The position numbers were made by a program, and so were the translations under genes. From a virus (Duplodnaviria; Caudoviricetes), in the IMG/VR virus record IMGVR_UViG_3300017761_003935, positions 1 to 33,941 of that record: a stretch of 33,941 bases of DNA; one strand, given 5' to 3'. Shown piece after piece: positions 7,887 to 17,374 of the stretch. Position 1 is the stretch's first letter; each line of letters begins with the position of its first letter. The notes beneath the pieces are model-generated. The model did no database searches, was not told where the DNA came from, and saw only the letters and a list, made by a program, of their open reading frames with translations.

Positions 7887-8630
7887 ATGCCTACGTTCAT
7901 CGAAGCCAAGAGACATGCGATCCTTGCAGTTGGCGGATATCCGTCGCTGGCTCCTGGGCAGACGCAATCTGCGCGCCTTGCGGAGATCGTGAATCAGGCT
8001 GGACAGCACCTATTCTCGAGGCCGTGGCGCTTCCGTGAACGCACCACGAAGTTCATCAGCCTGGTAGCGGATCAGTCGTATGTGGCACTGCCATCCGACT
8101 GCGAAGAATTGCTGTCGATCATTTCGACGCAGTCTTTGGGATACCTGATCGAGATGGTCACCCCAGACCACCTCGAGCAACTCCGCCAACTTGGACTGAC
8201 CATGACGGGCCCTGGCGTGACCCATGCATGCTTCACCCGTCCACCGCCAACAACTGCCGGAGATGCGCTCCCAGCGGCACGCATGGATATCTATCCGACG
8301 CCAACCGCTGCCGTAGCGGACGCCATTGCCGTGCGATACCGCGCTGCGTGGGAAGAGATCTCGTCCGGAGCAGCGGATACCTATGTGATTCCGATTCCGA
8401 AGTACGCCGATGCCCTGTTCCTCTCGTATTTGCGAGCGTTTGCACAGGCATATGAAGACGAAGGTCTTTCGATGAAGATTGCAGAAATTGAGGCAGGACC
8501 GCTACTTGCAACTTCACTGACCAAGGATGGATTGTTGCAGCGCGACATGGGTCGCATTCGACCGACACGTCCAGCAAACAGTTCCAATTGGACTAGGCCC
8601 GACTACGGATACGTCCAGAACCCCAACTAA
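7887..8630 (+). CDS. head-tail adaptor / tail tubular protein A-like
   Basis: 247 aa from ATG 7887; IVNQAGQHLFSRPWRF...YVALPSDC...IYPTP...IPIPKY pattern typical of podovirus adaptors. Confidence 0.75.
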   Translation: MPTFIEAKRHAILAVGGYPSLAPGQTQSARLAEIVNQAGQHLFSRPWRFRERTTKFISLVADQSYVALPSDCEELLSIISTQSLGYLIEMVTPDHLEQLRQLGLTMTGPGVTHACFTRPPPTTAGDALPAARMDIYPTPTAAVADAIAVRYRAAWEEISSGAADTYVIPIPKYADALFLSYLRAFAQAYEDEGLSMKIAEIEAGPLLATSLTKDGLLQRDMGRIRPTRPANSSNWTRPDYGYVQNPN

Positions 8631-8633
8631 CCA

Positions 8634-9491
8634 ATGCGATTTCGCGGCTCATACAACCCATCATTTGTCTACATGACGAACGACATCGTGTATCACGATG
8701 GCTCCTCGTACATCGCCAGCAAGGTCGTGACCATCAATACGCCACCCCCGGCAGACGGATGGCTTGTGCTTGCGTTGGGAGGTCGAGATGGCAAGCCAGG
8801 ACTTCTCGGTTCAGCCGGCGCAAATGGTCAGCCAGGCCGAGGAATTCCGGATGGCGGGGCTGTCGGTCAGGTTCTGTGCAAGACCGGAAATGACTTCTGC
8901 GACGCCCAGTGGCGCACTCTGGAGGCCAGTTCGGTTGGTGCGGCTGCTGCCAAGCATCGGCATTCGATTGCAGAGATCGACGGCCTTGAGGCAAGCCTTG
9001 GAATGAAGGCCAAGGCGTGGCACGAACACGACATGGATGAGGTGCATGGGCTTCGCACGGAATTGAATTTGCGCGCAGCGGTCAGGCACTCGCACACAAG
9101 TGAAGACATCTCCCCAGGCAACATGAGGTGCACTGCGCTGTCGATCCGCTCCAACGCGAATGCGACCATCGCCATGAGTGGGGCAGATGGATCGTCTGGT
9201 GCGATCATCACGCATGACACGTATGAGACGTCGATCGATTCGACCGTTCCCGTCAAGATCGATGTGCAGGGACAGGAAGCCGCCGTGTTCCACGCCGGAA
9301 AGGTGATGACGCCTCTTCCGGTGTTCTGCCGCAAGATCAACACGACCGAAGGAATCAACCTTGGTAATGCATCCACTCCGAAGAGTGGCAGCGACACCGG
9401 CCAGCCCGGAGACGTGCGCTGGGACACGAACTACATCTACGTATGCGTTGCGCGAAACACATGGCGCAGGACAGCACTTGAAACCTGGTGA
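8634..9491 (+). CDS. fibre-like virion protein
   Basis: N-terminal carbohydrate-binding-like motif (RGSY...Y..NDIVYHDGSSYIA...W), short Gly-X-Y run, three HxH fibre repeats (HRH, HEH, HSH), C-terminal GDVRWDTNYIYVCVARNTWRR. Confidence 0.75.
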   Translation: MRFRGSYNPSFVYMTNDIVYHDGSSYIASKVVTINTPPPADGWLVLALGGRDGKPGLLGSAGANGQPGRGIPDGGAVGQVLCKTGNDFCDAQWRTLEASSVGAAAAKHRHSIAEIDGLEASLGMKAKAWHEHDMDEVHGLRTELNLRAAVRHSHTSEDISPGNMRCTALSIRSNANATIAMSGADGSSGAIITHDTYETSIDSTVPVKIDVQGQEAAVFHAGKVMTPLPVFCRKINTTEGINLGNASTPKSGSDTGQPGDVRWDTNYIYVCVARNTWRRTALETW

Positions 9492-9499
9492 GGTAAGAC

Positions 9500-10039
9500 A
9501 TGCCAAAGGGTGATTTCTACAACACGCTGAATGTGCTCGCGCAACTCAAGACAGAGCCGCGCGCGTTGCAATTGGCTTCGACAACCAATGCGACAGTGAC
9601 CGCAAGTGCAGTGGCAATTTATGCGACCACGACTGTTCCTACGGCGTCTGGACGCACTGCGTCGCATTGGATTCGCACAGAAGGCATGACATACATGAAG
9701 ATCATGCCGTTCATCGCATCAACGGCTACAAGCCCAGCCATTCGCATAATTGGATGGGATCAGCATACCTCCAGCGGCCTGTATGTACCGCAAATTCTGT
9801 GCGATCTTTCGATCACGCTCACTGCCAACGACAACACGATCAACAGCGCATCATTGCGCCAGGCGCGGTCGTTCACCAAGAACAATGGCGACGCAAAATT
9901 GTTCAACAGTGATGCAACGCACCTGTCCGGCGCGTTTGCTCTCATCGATACCTGCGGGTGTGGACTGATTGAAATCCACTATCGCGCAGCGAGTGTGTCT
10001 TCATCGCCGGCTGCGAACATGTTCTATTCAAGCCTCTGA
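9500..10039 (+). CDS. virion protein, possible head-spike base
   Basis: 179 aa, beta-rich; GAGGT RBS; TGATG-coupled to the head-spike-like fibre gene. Confidence 0.6.
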   Translation: MPKGDFYNTLNVLAQLKTEPRALQLASTTNATVTASAVAIYATTTVPTASGRTASHWIRTEGMTYMKIMPFIASTATSPAIRIIGWDQHTSSGLYVPQILCDLSITLTANDNTINSASLRQARSFTKNNGDAKLFNSDATHLSGAFALIDTCGCGLIEIHYRAASVSSSPAANMFYSSL

Positions 10040-11259
10040 TGCATAGGACGCGCACATGGGAAATGGTCCTGCCAGAGTTGCGAGTTCGCAACAGAATTCT
10101 TCCCGTTACTGGAGGCGACGGCTCCACGCTGTCGCTCGACTTCACATCAGGTGTGCTTGACCCGCGATTCACCTTCACGCGCAGCACCACGGCCACCTTC
10201 ATCAACAGCAACGGATATGTGGAGTCGATGGGTGCTGCTGCATCAAACGATCCAACCAAGGCGCGCTTTGACTATAACCCAACCACGCTGACTGCTCGTG
10301 GACTGCTGATCGAAGGTAGTTCTACGAATGAACTAACCAATAACGAGACATTTGGAACTGGCTGGACAGATTCAAACATCACACGCGATAGCACGAATAA
10401 CACCAGTCCACGAAATGATGCGACTGCTCTGCGTGTGACAGCATCTTCGGCGAATGCGACCATCATTCGTAGTGCTGCAATTGGAACCAGCGCACAAAGA
10501 ACTCTTTCGGTGTGGCTGCGAAGGGTGAGCGGTACAGGCAACATCCAATTCACGACAAACAACGGCACGGCGTGGACAACGCAAGCCATTACATCATCGT
10601 GGGTTCGATATACATTTACTGCCACGACCGAGGCGCAGCGGGTCGGATTTCGCATCGTGACAAGCGGTGACAGCATTGAACTTTGGGGCGCACAACTTGA
10701 AGCAGGCTCCGGCGCATCGTCGTACATCCCAACAACTTCATCGACCGTACAACGGGCGGTAGATATTTGCACGATGAGCGATATTGCTGCGATCAACTAC
10801 AACGCAAACGGCGGAACGCTCTTCGCGCACTTCAGCAATAACACCGAGAACGGAAACTTCGCAGGGTCAATTGCGTTCAACAATGGTGGAAACTACGCGC
10901 AGCGATTCCGTTGGGGCAGCGGTGTGTTGCTTGCGTCGTACTTCCAGACCAACGGAACATCTGCACTTGGGTCCAATTTGAATGGCAGTCGGACATCACT
11001 TGGAAGCGCAAAGGCGGCTACTTCTTACTCATTTGACGGAACAACAACCAGCACCGCTATGAGTATCAACGGAGCACAGGCAACGACAACGCCTACGAGT
11101 TCTGCTACATCTGGGATCTCTATTGCTACGGCTTTAGGGTTGAACAACGATAACAGTAGCGCAGGAACTGGCTATCCAAGCATTGCAATTCGGTCAATCA
11201 AGTTCTGGCCGACTGGACTGACAATGGCACAAATGAACGCACTAACGGTGAATCCATGA
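10039..11259 (+). CDS. head-spike/fibre protein resembling the RcGTA head fibre
   Basis: LDF...FTRSTTAT...RFDY...LLIEGSSTN and LWGAQLEAG..ASSYIPT...V.RA.D motifs; lectin/LamG-like C-terminal region. Confidence 0.7.
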   Translation: MHRTRTWEMVLPELRVRNRILPVTGGDGSTLSLDFTSGVLDPRFTFTRSTTATFINSNGYVESMGAAASNDPTKARFDYNPTTLTARGLLIEGSSTNELTNNETFGTGWTDSNITRDSTNNTSPRNDATALRVTASSANATIIRSAAIGTSAQRTLSVWLRRVSGTGNIQFTTNNGTAWTTQAITSSWVRYTFTATTEAQRVGFRIVTSGDSIELWGAQLEAGSGASSYIPTTSSTVQRAVDICTMSDIAAINYNANGGTLFAHFSNNTENGNFAGSIAFNNGGNYAQRFRWGSGVLLASYFQTNGTSALGSNLNGSRTSLGSAKAATSYSFDGTTTSTAMSINGAQATTTPTSSATSGISIATALGLNNDNSSAGTGYPSIAIRSIKFWPTGLTMAQMNALTVNP

Positions 11260-11543
11260 CCGACTACTTTCTTCGCACAAACACGGAAGCGCGGATGGTT
11301 GAGGCCTTTGCGGCCATCGGCGTTACAGTCCAGCGCATTGATGGAGAGTGCCACGAACTTGACGGGCAGCGCATCGACATCGGCTGGATCGGCCCAGTCA
11401 CCCGCATTGTGGATGGAGAGCCGGTTACCGATGCTCGCTTCCATGCGAACCTGCGCGTAGCCGGGGAACTCACTCCGGAACAGATTGAGGCCCTTCCCAT
11501 TCTCGATCCACCTCCATCAAGTCCGATGAGGGTCTGGGCCTAA
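11256..11543 (+). CDS. small fibre-associated protein
   Basis: 95 aa; ATGA-coupled; IGP...D.RFHANLR...P.RVWA pattern often seen after such fibres. Confidence 0.65.
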   Translation: MTDYFLRTNTEARMVEAFAAIGVTVQRIDGECHELDGQRIDIGWIGPVTRIVDGEPVTDARFHANLRVAGELTPEQIEALPILDPPPSSPMRVWA

Positions 11544-11555
11544 CCAGGCTGCGAC

Positions 11556-11762
11556 ATGACCCTAGAAACAAACAACGCAACCGTACACCTGTCCTTCCGA
11601 GATTGGATCGCCATTGGCGCAATCGCGGTCACGATCCTTATCTCCCTTTTGGCGTCATACCTACACCACGATAGATTGCTGGTGCAGGTATCTACGCAAC
11701 AGCAAGCCATGTCACACCGCCTCGACCGTATTGAGGCCAACCTTGATAGGAGCAAACCATGA
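11556..11762 (+). CDS. single-TM protein with coiled-coil tail (holin/antiholin-like)
   Basis: 68 aa; hydrophobic WIAIGAIAVTILISLLASYL, then heptads ending RLDRIEANLD. Confidence 0.6.
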   Translation: MTLETNNATVHLSFRDWIAIGAIAVTILISLLASYLHHDRLLVQVSTQQQAMSHRLDRIEANLDRSKP

Positions 11763-11968
11763 AGTTCTTTGAAACCAACAGTTGGAAGACCACGGGCGCT
11801 GGTTTGAGCGCGATCCTCATTGCCGTCGGCTCGGCCATCAAGGCCCTGACCGACAACGATCCAGCCACGACCATCGACGTCGGCTCGCTGGCGGCAGCCC
11901 TGATGGCCGGCATCGGCCTGATCTTCGCTCGAGACAACGACAAGACCAGCAAGCAGGTCAAGGCTTGA
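11759..11968 (+). CDS. holin-like two-TM protein
   Basis: 69 aa; SWKTT-TM1...TM2-GIGLIFARD, charged C-terminus; AGGAG RBS, ATGA overlap. Confidence 0.7.
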   Translation: MKFFETNSWKTTGAGLSAILIAVGSAIKALTDNDPATTIDVGSLAAALMAGIGLIFARDNDKTSKQVKA

Positions 11969-12174
11969 CCTGGCTGGGAGACGTCATACGTGGCATCTTT
12001 GAAGCAATCCTGCGGCTCTACGGCGGTTCGATCGGAAAGACGGTCGCCAAGGACGCTGTTCGCGACGAGGCTGCTCTGCGCCGCGCTGGCTCTCGCATTC
12101 GTTCATGGATGCAGTCGCGTGACCTTGGTCAGCGAGGGGGCTCCGATCAGGGTCGGCCCGGAGACCAAGGCTAG
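11965..12174 (+). CDS. possible i-spanin-like protein (TTG start)
   Basis: TTGA overlap with the holin stop; MTWLGDVIRGIFEAILRLYGG amphipathic helix; overlapped by a lipoprotein ORF in another frame. Confidence 0.5.
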   Translation: MTWLGDVIRGIFEAILRLYGGSIGKTVAKDAVRDEAALRRAGSRIRSWMQSRDLGQRGGSDQGRPGDQG

Positions 12175-12277
12175 GGTTTATGTCTACGAAGACGGGCAAT
12201 GGGTCCTGTCATCTCACCAGGTGATCGTTCCAGAGGGCTGGTACTGCGTGCCGCCCTCCTACGTGGAGAACAAGTAA
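12053..12277 (+). CDS. lipoprotein, possible o-spanin (start uncertain: GTG 11990, ACG 12053 or CTG 12056)
   Basis: Signal-like LFATRLLCAALALAFVHG-C with Cys at 12110; stop overlaps the tail fibre ATG (TAATG). Confidence 0.6.
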   Translation, partial: TLFATRLLCAALALAFVHGCSRVTLVSEGAPIRVGPETKARVYVYEDGQWVLSSHQVIVPEGWYCVPPSYVENK

Positions 12278-13530
12278 TGCCGACAACGATTCAGATCCGA
12301 AGAAGCACACAGGGTGAATGGAACACCAATAGCAGCGTTGTTCTTCTCGCGGGAGAGGCTGGCTACGAAACCGATACCGGCAACGTCAAGATCGGTGATG
12401 GATCGACTACGTGGGCGAACCTGAAGTATCAGTTGCCATACAACACCGGAGCGCGTACTTCGGTACTCACTGACACATTGACCATCGACAACGCCAACGA
12501 TCGCGTTGGAATTGGCGCTGGTTCTCCGACAGAGAAACTGTCTGTTGGTGGCAACGCAGCCGTCAGCGGGAACATCACTGCTGGTGGAACGCTCGCAGTT
12601 ACTGGAAACACCACGCTCACCGGAGATCTGGCTGTCAATGGTGGTGACATCACGACTAGCGCATCAACTTTGAATGTCGCAACTACCACGACATCAACGC
12701 AAACCGTCAATATCGCTACTGGTGCAACTGCAAACGGTGTCACGAAACAAGTGAATATCGGAACTAATGGCGTAACTGGATCGACGACAAATGTCGAACT
12801 CGGAAGTGCTGGTGGTGGAAGCACATTTGTTAGAGGCAATGCTTCTGTTGATGGAACGCTAACTGTCCAAGGATCCACGACGCTGGGTGGAGCCACGACG
12901 CTGGGTGGAGACCTTGCGGTGAATGGGTCAACCAGTGCAGATATCACAACGACCACAACCACCGCATCGGTATTCAATACCACGGCAACAACGCTAAATG
13001 TCGGTCAGGCCGCTACTGCATTGTCGCTTGGAGCAACGACTGGTACTGCAACCATTCGCAATACAACGACGAATATCAATGGTTCGGCAAATGTCGGCGG
13101 AACTCTTGCTGTTGTTAGCACTACCGAATTTACTGGCGCTCCGTCTTACGCAGCAGATCCAGCATCAGGCAATGTTCTGGCACGCAAATCGTATGTGGAT
13201 TCGCAACTGCGAGTTGGTTCTGTGGTGATACTTACAGCATCAAGCAGAACTGATTTTCCAGACAATTCTGGTGGCACTTTCACGCCCGGGATTGCAGATC
13301 CCGGAATGGACACTGCTGGAATTGCAGGAAAACCAAGCAGTTGGACTGCGTCCATTAGTGGAACAAATATGTCTGTTCAGGCAAGCGGAGGAACTTGGTT
13401 TGGCGTTTATATGGTTTTTGATTCAGATGGCAATTCTGCTCTGCGATATGCATATCAAAACGGGACAGACACTACGGTTTATGGAATTGCAAATACCGGA
13501 ATTACCGTGATTCTCGTCCGAACCGCCTGA
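12277..13530 (+). CDS. tail fibre with Mtd/hyaluronidase-type N-terminal domain
   Basis: 417 aa; IQIRR....W......L.GE.GYETDTG..KIGDG.T.W..L.Y, then Thr/Gly-rich beta repeats (GDLAVNG twice) and ARKSYVD. Confidence 0.85.
   Translation: MPTTIQIRRSTQGEWNTNSSVVLLAGEAGYETDTGNVKIGDGSTTWANLKYQLPYNTGARTSVLTDTLTIDNANDRVGIGAGSPTEKLSVGGNAAVSGNITAGGTLAVTGNTTLTGDLAVNGGDITTSASTLNVATTTTSTQTVNIATGATANGVTKQVNIGTNGVTGSTTNVELGSAGGGSTFVRGNASVDGTLTVQGSTTLGGATTLGGDLAVNGSTSADITTTTTTASVFNTTATTLNVGQAATALSLGATTGTATIRNTTTNINGSANVGGTLAVVSTTEFTGAPSYAADPASGNVLARKSYVDSQLRVGSVVILTASSRTDFPDNSGGTFTPGIADPGMDTAGIAGKPSSWTASISGTNMSVQASGGTWFGVYMVFDSDGNSALRYAYQNGTDTTVYGIANTGITVILVRTA
12875..12910 (+). repeat. perfect 18-bp tandem duplication in the tail fibre gene
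   Basis: CCACGACGCTGGGTGGAG x2 (encodes TTLGGA/TTLGGD). Confidence 0.9.
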
Positions 13531-15869
13531 TGCCATACCTCCCCGGCAAACTTCCCTACCGTGGCTGGATCACGGATTGCCCGTACACGAGTGTGCCGGA
13601 TGGGTATAGCGTTGACATGCTGAACATCCTCCCGGCGGATCCATTCCGCAGGAGGGTTCGCCTCGGCACCAGGCCGGCGATCAATCGCATCTTCAAGTTC
13701 GCTGGCGGAGCGCAGATCCAATGTTTGGTGCGCTGCATCTCCTACAACGGAGATCCCCCAGTTCGCAAGGATCGCGTATTCATCATTGCTGGCGGCAAGG
13801 CGTACTACATGGATGCCAACGCCACGGCTCCGACGCAGATCACGAGAGTGAATGGAACCAGCAATGTCACTGCCGCGCAGTTGAATACGACCGGCAGGGT
13901 TTCTGCCACGCAGCGCGGGCAGTATCTGTACCTACTCGACACTACGTATTTTGGCACGGCGCCAAATACGCGCAGTGCATACTGGAAGATCGATCTTCTC
14001 GATTCCAACTTGGAACTTTCCCACTGGCACCATGATGGAAATGGTCCAGAAGACAGGATCCGAAAGCAGATCGGGTCAAACTATTACTTTGCACAAGCAA
14101 TCCATCGCTTTGGCGCGCGCATCATGCTCGCGGGAGTCAAGGGTCTTGAGAACGTATGGTTTGGATCGAGAATCGATGATCCAGACATTTGGCTTGCCGA
14201 TGCGACTCCGACCACTGGGCACGCGATTGCAGGAAATGTTGCCGAAACGACCATTGGTCCTGCCGGAGACGAGATCATTGCGATCATTCCGCTTGGCGAA
14301 CAGTCGCTGTTGTTTGCCGGCAAGCGAAGTCTGACATACCTGACTGGCGATCCGTCGGTCGATCCGGCAAACACGAGACTCGCTGTCCTGTCAAACACGA
14401 TCGGAATTGTGGGTCCAAAGGCATGGTGCGAAGGTCCCGAGAAGAGCGTCTACATGCTCGGACAAGATGGCCTGTATCGCCTGCGGCCCAACGACTTCAG
14501 CGTGGATCGAGCAAACTTGGTGAGCCTGAACAAGTTGGATTCGTGGTTCAACCAACTGCGATTCGATCTGCTGGATCCGGTGCTCCATTATGACGTAGAA
14601 AGGCGTGGAGTTTGGATCTTCCTGACACGAACAGACGGACCAGCCAACTCAACGCATCTGTTCTATAGCGAACAGACGGATGGCTTCTTCCCCATCAAAC
14701 TCTATGACCCAGAGATGCCCGGCGTGACGAATGCGTGCCAGGCTCCGACATCTGATGGACGCAACCAAATTATGATGTGCGCCTATGGATCGATGCTTGG
14801 GTTCTTCGATCAGAGGCTCGTGTCTGGTGTAGACGGATTCCCGGGTAGCGGGTATTCGGATCCCAGTGCTGCTGGACCAACGACCGATGCCGCGCGCACT
14901 GCCCAATTTATTCGCGCGCAAGTGAGCATCGGTCCGATGATCGCAACACAGCCAAGCCTGGTGATGATCAAGGAAATTCAGGTCGAACTTGGAATTGATG
15001 ACTATCTAGAAGTTGAAGAAATCGAAGGTCTCGCTGATCGCCCATACGCAGAACTGCATTGCGCCGAAACTGCAATGGAGTCGATCGCGGCAGATACCTC
15101 ATCTGTGCTGTTTCAGGATTTAGATGAAGTATTCGACGGCAACGAGCCTGGCACTGGAATCGATGGCAATGGTGCTAGTGGAGCGTATGACTGCCACTAC
15201 GCCCTGCGAGCAGCAGGGACATACGCTTCTCAAGACTCGTTTGTCGCGCTTGTGGATCGCAAGTACTACAGCCTTGGGAACTTCTATGTGCTCGAGCGCA
15301 TCGGCCTTGAAACCGTGCAGGATGAAAGCCTGGTAGTTGGAAATTGGTACGAGATTGCCACGGCTGGAACTACGACATGGACCGCGATAGGCGCATCTGC
15401 AAATACCGCCGGCACGAAGTTTCAGGCTACCGGGGTTGGTTCTGGCACAGGAACTGCCAAGACTCTTCGATGGATCATTCGATTTGTGAATGCAACAACC
15501 GCGAATGGCGCATCCTCGCAGGTCGTACTGTTTGCCCAGAATGCTGGAAGCACTGGCATCGTGAGTGACGATGTCGAGGTCGGCTTGTACAACATGCTGA
15601 CAAATAACACTTGGAGCGCATCCGCGACCGTTACTGCGACCGCTGACATCAGCGACTTCGGTTCGGCTGATATCACGAACCTCGGCAATCTGCGCGAGGG
15701 AATCAATAACCGAATGCGAGTTCGCAAGCGAACTGGTGCTGCTTATCTCCGGATCTTGACGGAGGGATACCCATTCGCCATTGAGCGAGTCGCTGCATAT
15801 GTGGATCCGACAAGCGCACGGCGCGAGGTTGTCGCAGAATCAGACGCGCCGCTATGGAGGCCAACCTAA
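13530..15869 (+). CDS. tail nozzle / DNA stabilisation protein (P22 gp10 or T7 gp12-like role)
   Basis: 779 aa, beta-propeller-like (VWFGSRIDDP.W, DEIIAIIPLGEQSLLF, IGIVGPKAW, VYMLGQDGLY); lies before the ejection genes. Confidence 0.75.
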   Translation: MPYLPGKLPYRGWITDCPYTSVPDGYSVDMLNILPADPFRRRVRLGTRPAINRIFKFAGGAQIQCLVRCISYNGDPPVRKDRVFIIAGGKAYYMDANATAPTQITRVNGTSNVTAAQLNTTGRVSATQRGQYLYLLDTTYFGTAPNTRSAYWKIDLLDSNLELSHWHHDGNGPEDRIRKQIGSNYYFAQAIHRFGARIMLAGVKGLENVWFGSRIDDPDIWLADATPTTGHAIAGNVAETTIGPAGDEIIAIIPLGEQSLLFAGKRSLTYLTGDPSVDPANTRLAVLSNTIGIVGPKAWCEGPEKSVYMLGQDGLYRLRPNDFSVDRANLVSLNKLDSWFNQLRFDLLDPVLHYDVERRGVWIFLTRTDGPANSTHLFYSEQTDGFFPIKLYDPEMPGVTNACQAPTSDGRNQIMMCAYGSMLGFFDQRLVSGVDGFPGSGYSDPSAAGPTTDAARTAQFIRAQVSIGPMIATQPSLVMIKEIQVELGIDDYLEVEEIEGLADRPYAELHCAETAMESIAADTSSVLFQDLDEVFDGNEPGTGIDGNGASGAYDCHYALRAAGTYASQDSFVALVDRKYYSLGNFYVLERIGLETVQDESLVVGNWYEIATAGTTTWTAIGASANTAGTKFQATGVGSGTGTAKTLRWIIRFVNATTANGASSQVVLFAQNAGSTGIVSDDVEVGLYNMLTNNTWSASATVTATADISDFGSADITNLGNLREGINNRMRVRKRTGAAYLRILTEGYPFAIERVAAYVDPTSARREVVAESDAPLWRPT

Positions 15870-16846
15870 TGGAACCAATCACAGCACTCGCAATTGGCGG
15901 CGCAGTCATGGGTGGCGGGAGCATCCTTGGCGGAATCTTTGGCAAGAAATCAGCCGATGCCCAGCAGAAGCGGCTTGAGCAGTTGCGCGCACAAGCAAAC
16001 AAGGAATACTCCGCACTCGGCAAATACAGCACTGCTGAAGGGCAGAAGATCCTTGATCAGTTTCTGACAGAGAGGTCTGCGAATATCGCGCAATACAAGC
16101 CAGAGTACGAGTCGCTCATCGCTGACTTTGATTCTCGGTACAAGGAACTGTCAACGGCGTATTCCGCAGGAATGCGAGATGTGTACTCGCAGTTTGGTGG
16201 CGGAATGGGCGAGATAGAGCGGCGCTATGAGTCCGGGATGGGAACTGCATACCAAACCATGGCCGGAGGTCGTGAAGCAACGCTTGCGACGATTCGTAGA
16301 GCGACACAATCATCTGTTGCTAGGGCAACCCAATCGCAGGCATTGACCGGACTTGGCGGTACGACGTTCGGCCAGGCTGCCTTGTCCGCACTGGAACAAG
16401 AGGGTGCTCTTCGAGAAGGCGTGGTGCAGGAGCAGTATGCGTCACAACTGGCACAGATGCAGGCGCAGACCACTGCGGGACTGACCGGACTGGCGCAGCA
16501 GCGCGTTGGTGGTCTGACCAATTTGGAAAGGGAACGAATCTCTGGAGAGCGCCAGATGGGTATTGCTGGGTTGACTGGCAAGGTCGGTATGCAAGAGTCT
16601 TTCTTGAATCAGATGCTCGGCCAAGCACAACAGACAACCGCTTCAGCCGCCGGAATGCGGCAAGACATTCTCGGCAAATATACGAGCATCGAGGGCCAGC
16701 GCATTGGAGCGAGCCTTGGAATTGGTCAGCAACAGGCCGCACAATCCGGAGCGGGTTGGGCCGCCGCAAGCGGAGCCATGGGTGGAATTGCAAGCGGACT
16801 TGGTGGCGGCCTGATGATGGGCGGCCTCCTTGGCGCATTCGGATAA
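15869..16846 (+). CDS. internal virion/ejection protein 1
   Basis: 325 aa; GGAGG RBS and TAATG overlap; Gly/Ala hydrophobic termini around a Gln-rich helical core. Confidence 0.75.
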   Translation: MEPITALAIGGAVMGGGSILGGIFGKKSADAQQKRLEQLRAQANKEYSALGKYSTAEGQKILDQFLTERSANIAQYKPEYESLIADFDSRYKELSTAYSAGMRDVYSQFGGGMGEIERRYESGMGTAYQTMAGGREATLATIRRATQSSVARATQSQALTGLGGTTFGQAALSALEQEGALREGVVQEQYASQLAQMQAQTTAGLTGLAQQRVGGLTNLERERISGERQMGIAGLTGKVGMQESFLNQMLGQAQQTTASAAGMRQDILGKYTSIEGQRIGASLGIGQQQAAQSGAGWAAASGAMGGIASGLGGGLMMGGLLGAFG

Positions 16847-16860
16847 TTCAAGGAGCAATC

Positions 16861-17373
16861 ATGTACAAGCCAGAACCAAGAACAAGTCCATTTCCGCCAG
16901 CCGATCAAAGCCAATCATCTGGCATGGGAAACCGCGCTCTTGCGTTGGCAATCATGTCTGGGTTGGCAGGAGCCGGCGCAGGCATTGCAGCATCTGATCC
17001 GCGTCGCCCATATGCAGGTTTCGGAACTGGCATGGCAGCAGGCGCGGCTGCGCCACTGTCATTCGCCACGGCGGGATTGCAGCAGGCATTCAAGCAGCAG
17101 GCCCAGTTGGAGAACCTTGCGCTCGATGAACAGACTGCCGCGCAGCGTGGTCGAATTCAGGGCATTTCGGAGGGCGAGCGTGCTCGTGCTCGGGCTGGTT
17201 CTCGACGTCAGCAGGAGCGCGAAGAGTCGCAGGAGGACGTCGAGGACTTTGTTTCAGGCGTGTCGTTTATGACTCCGGACAACAAGGTATTCCTTGGCTC
17301 AATCGCGCAGGGTATGGCGCAGCAGTCTGCCACCCAGCGCGCCGCACAGTACTTCCAGCGCGGGGGTCAGTAA
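16861..17373 (+). CDS. internal virion/ejection protein 2
   Basis: 170 aa from ATG 16861 with AAGGAG RBS; Gly/Ala hydrophobic segment followed by coiled coil. Confidence 0.65.
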   Translation: MYKPEPRTSPFPPADQSQSSGMGNRALALAIMSGLAGAGAGIAASDPRRPYAGFGTGMAAGAAAPLSFATAGLQQAFKQQAQLENLALDEQTAAQRGRIQGISEGERARARAGSRRQQEREESQEDVEDFVSGVSFMTPDNKVFLGSIAQGMAQQSATQRAAQYFQRGGQ

Positions 17374-17374
17374 T

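Noticed and set aside
12277-13530. Diversity-generating retroelement suggested by the Mtd-type N-terminal domain
   Set aside because: No reverse transcriptase and no template/variable repeat pair seen in the window; Mtd_N is a generic fibre attachment domain.
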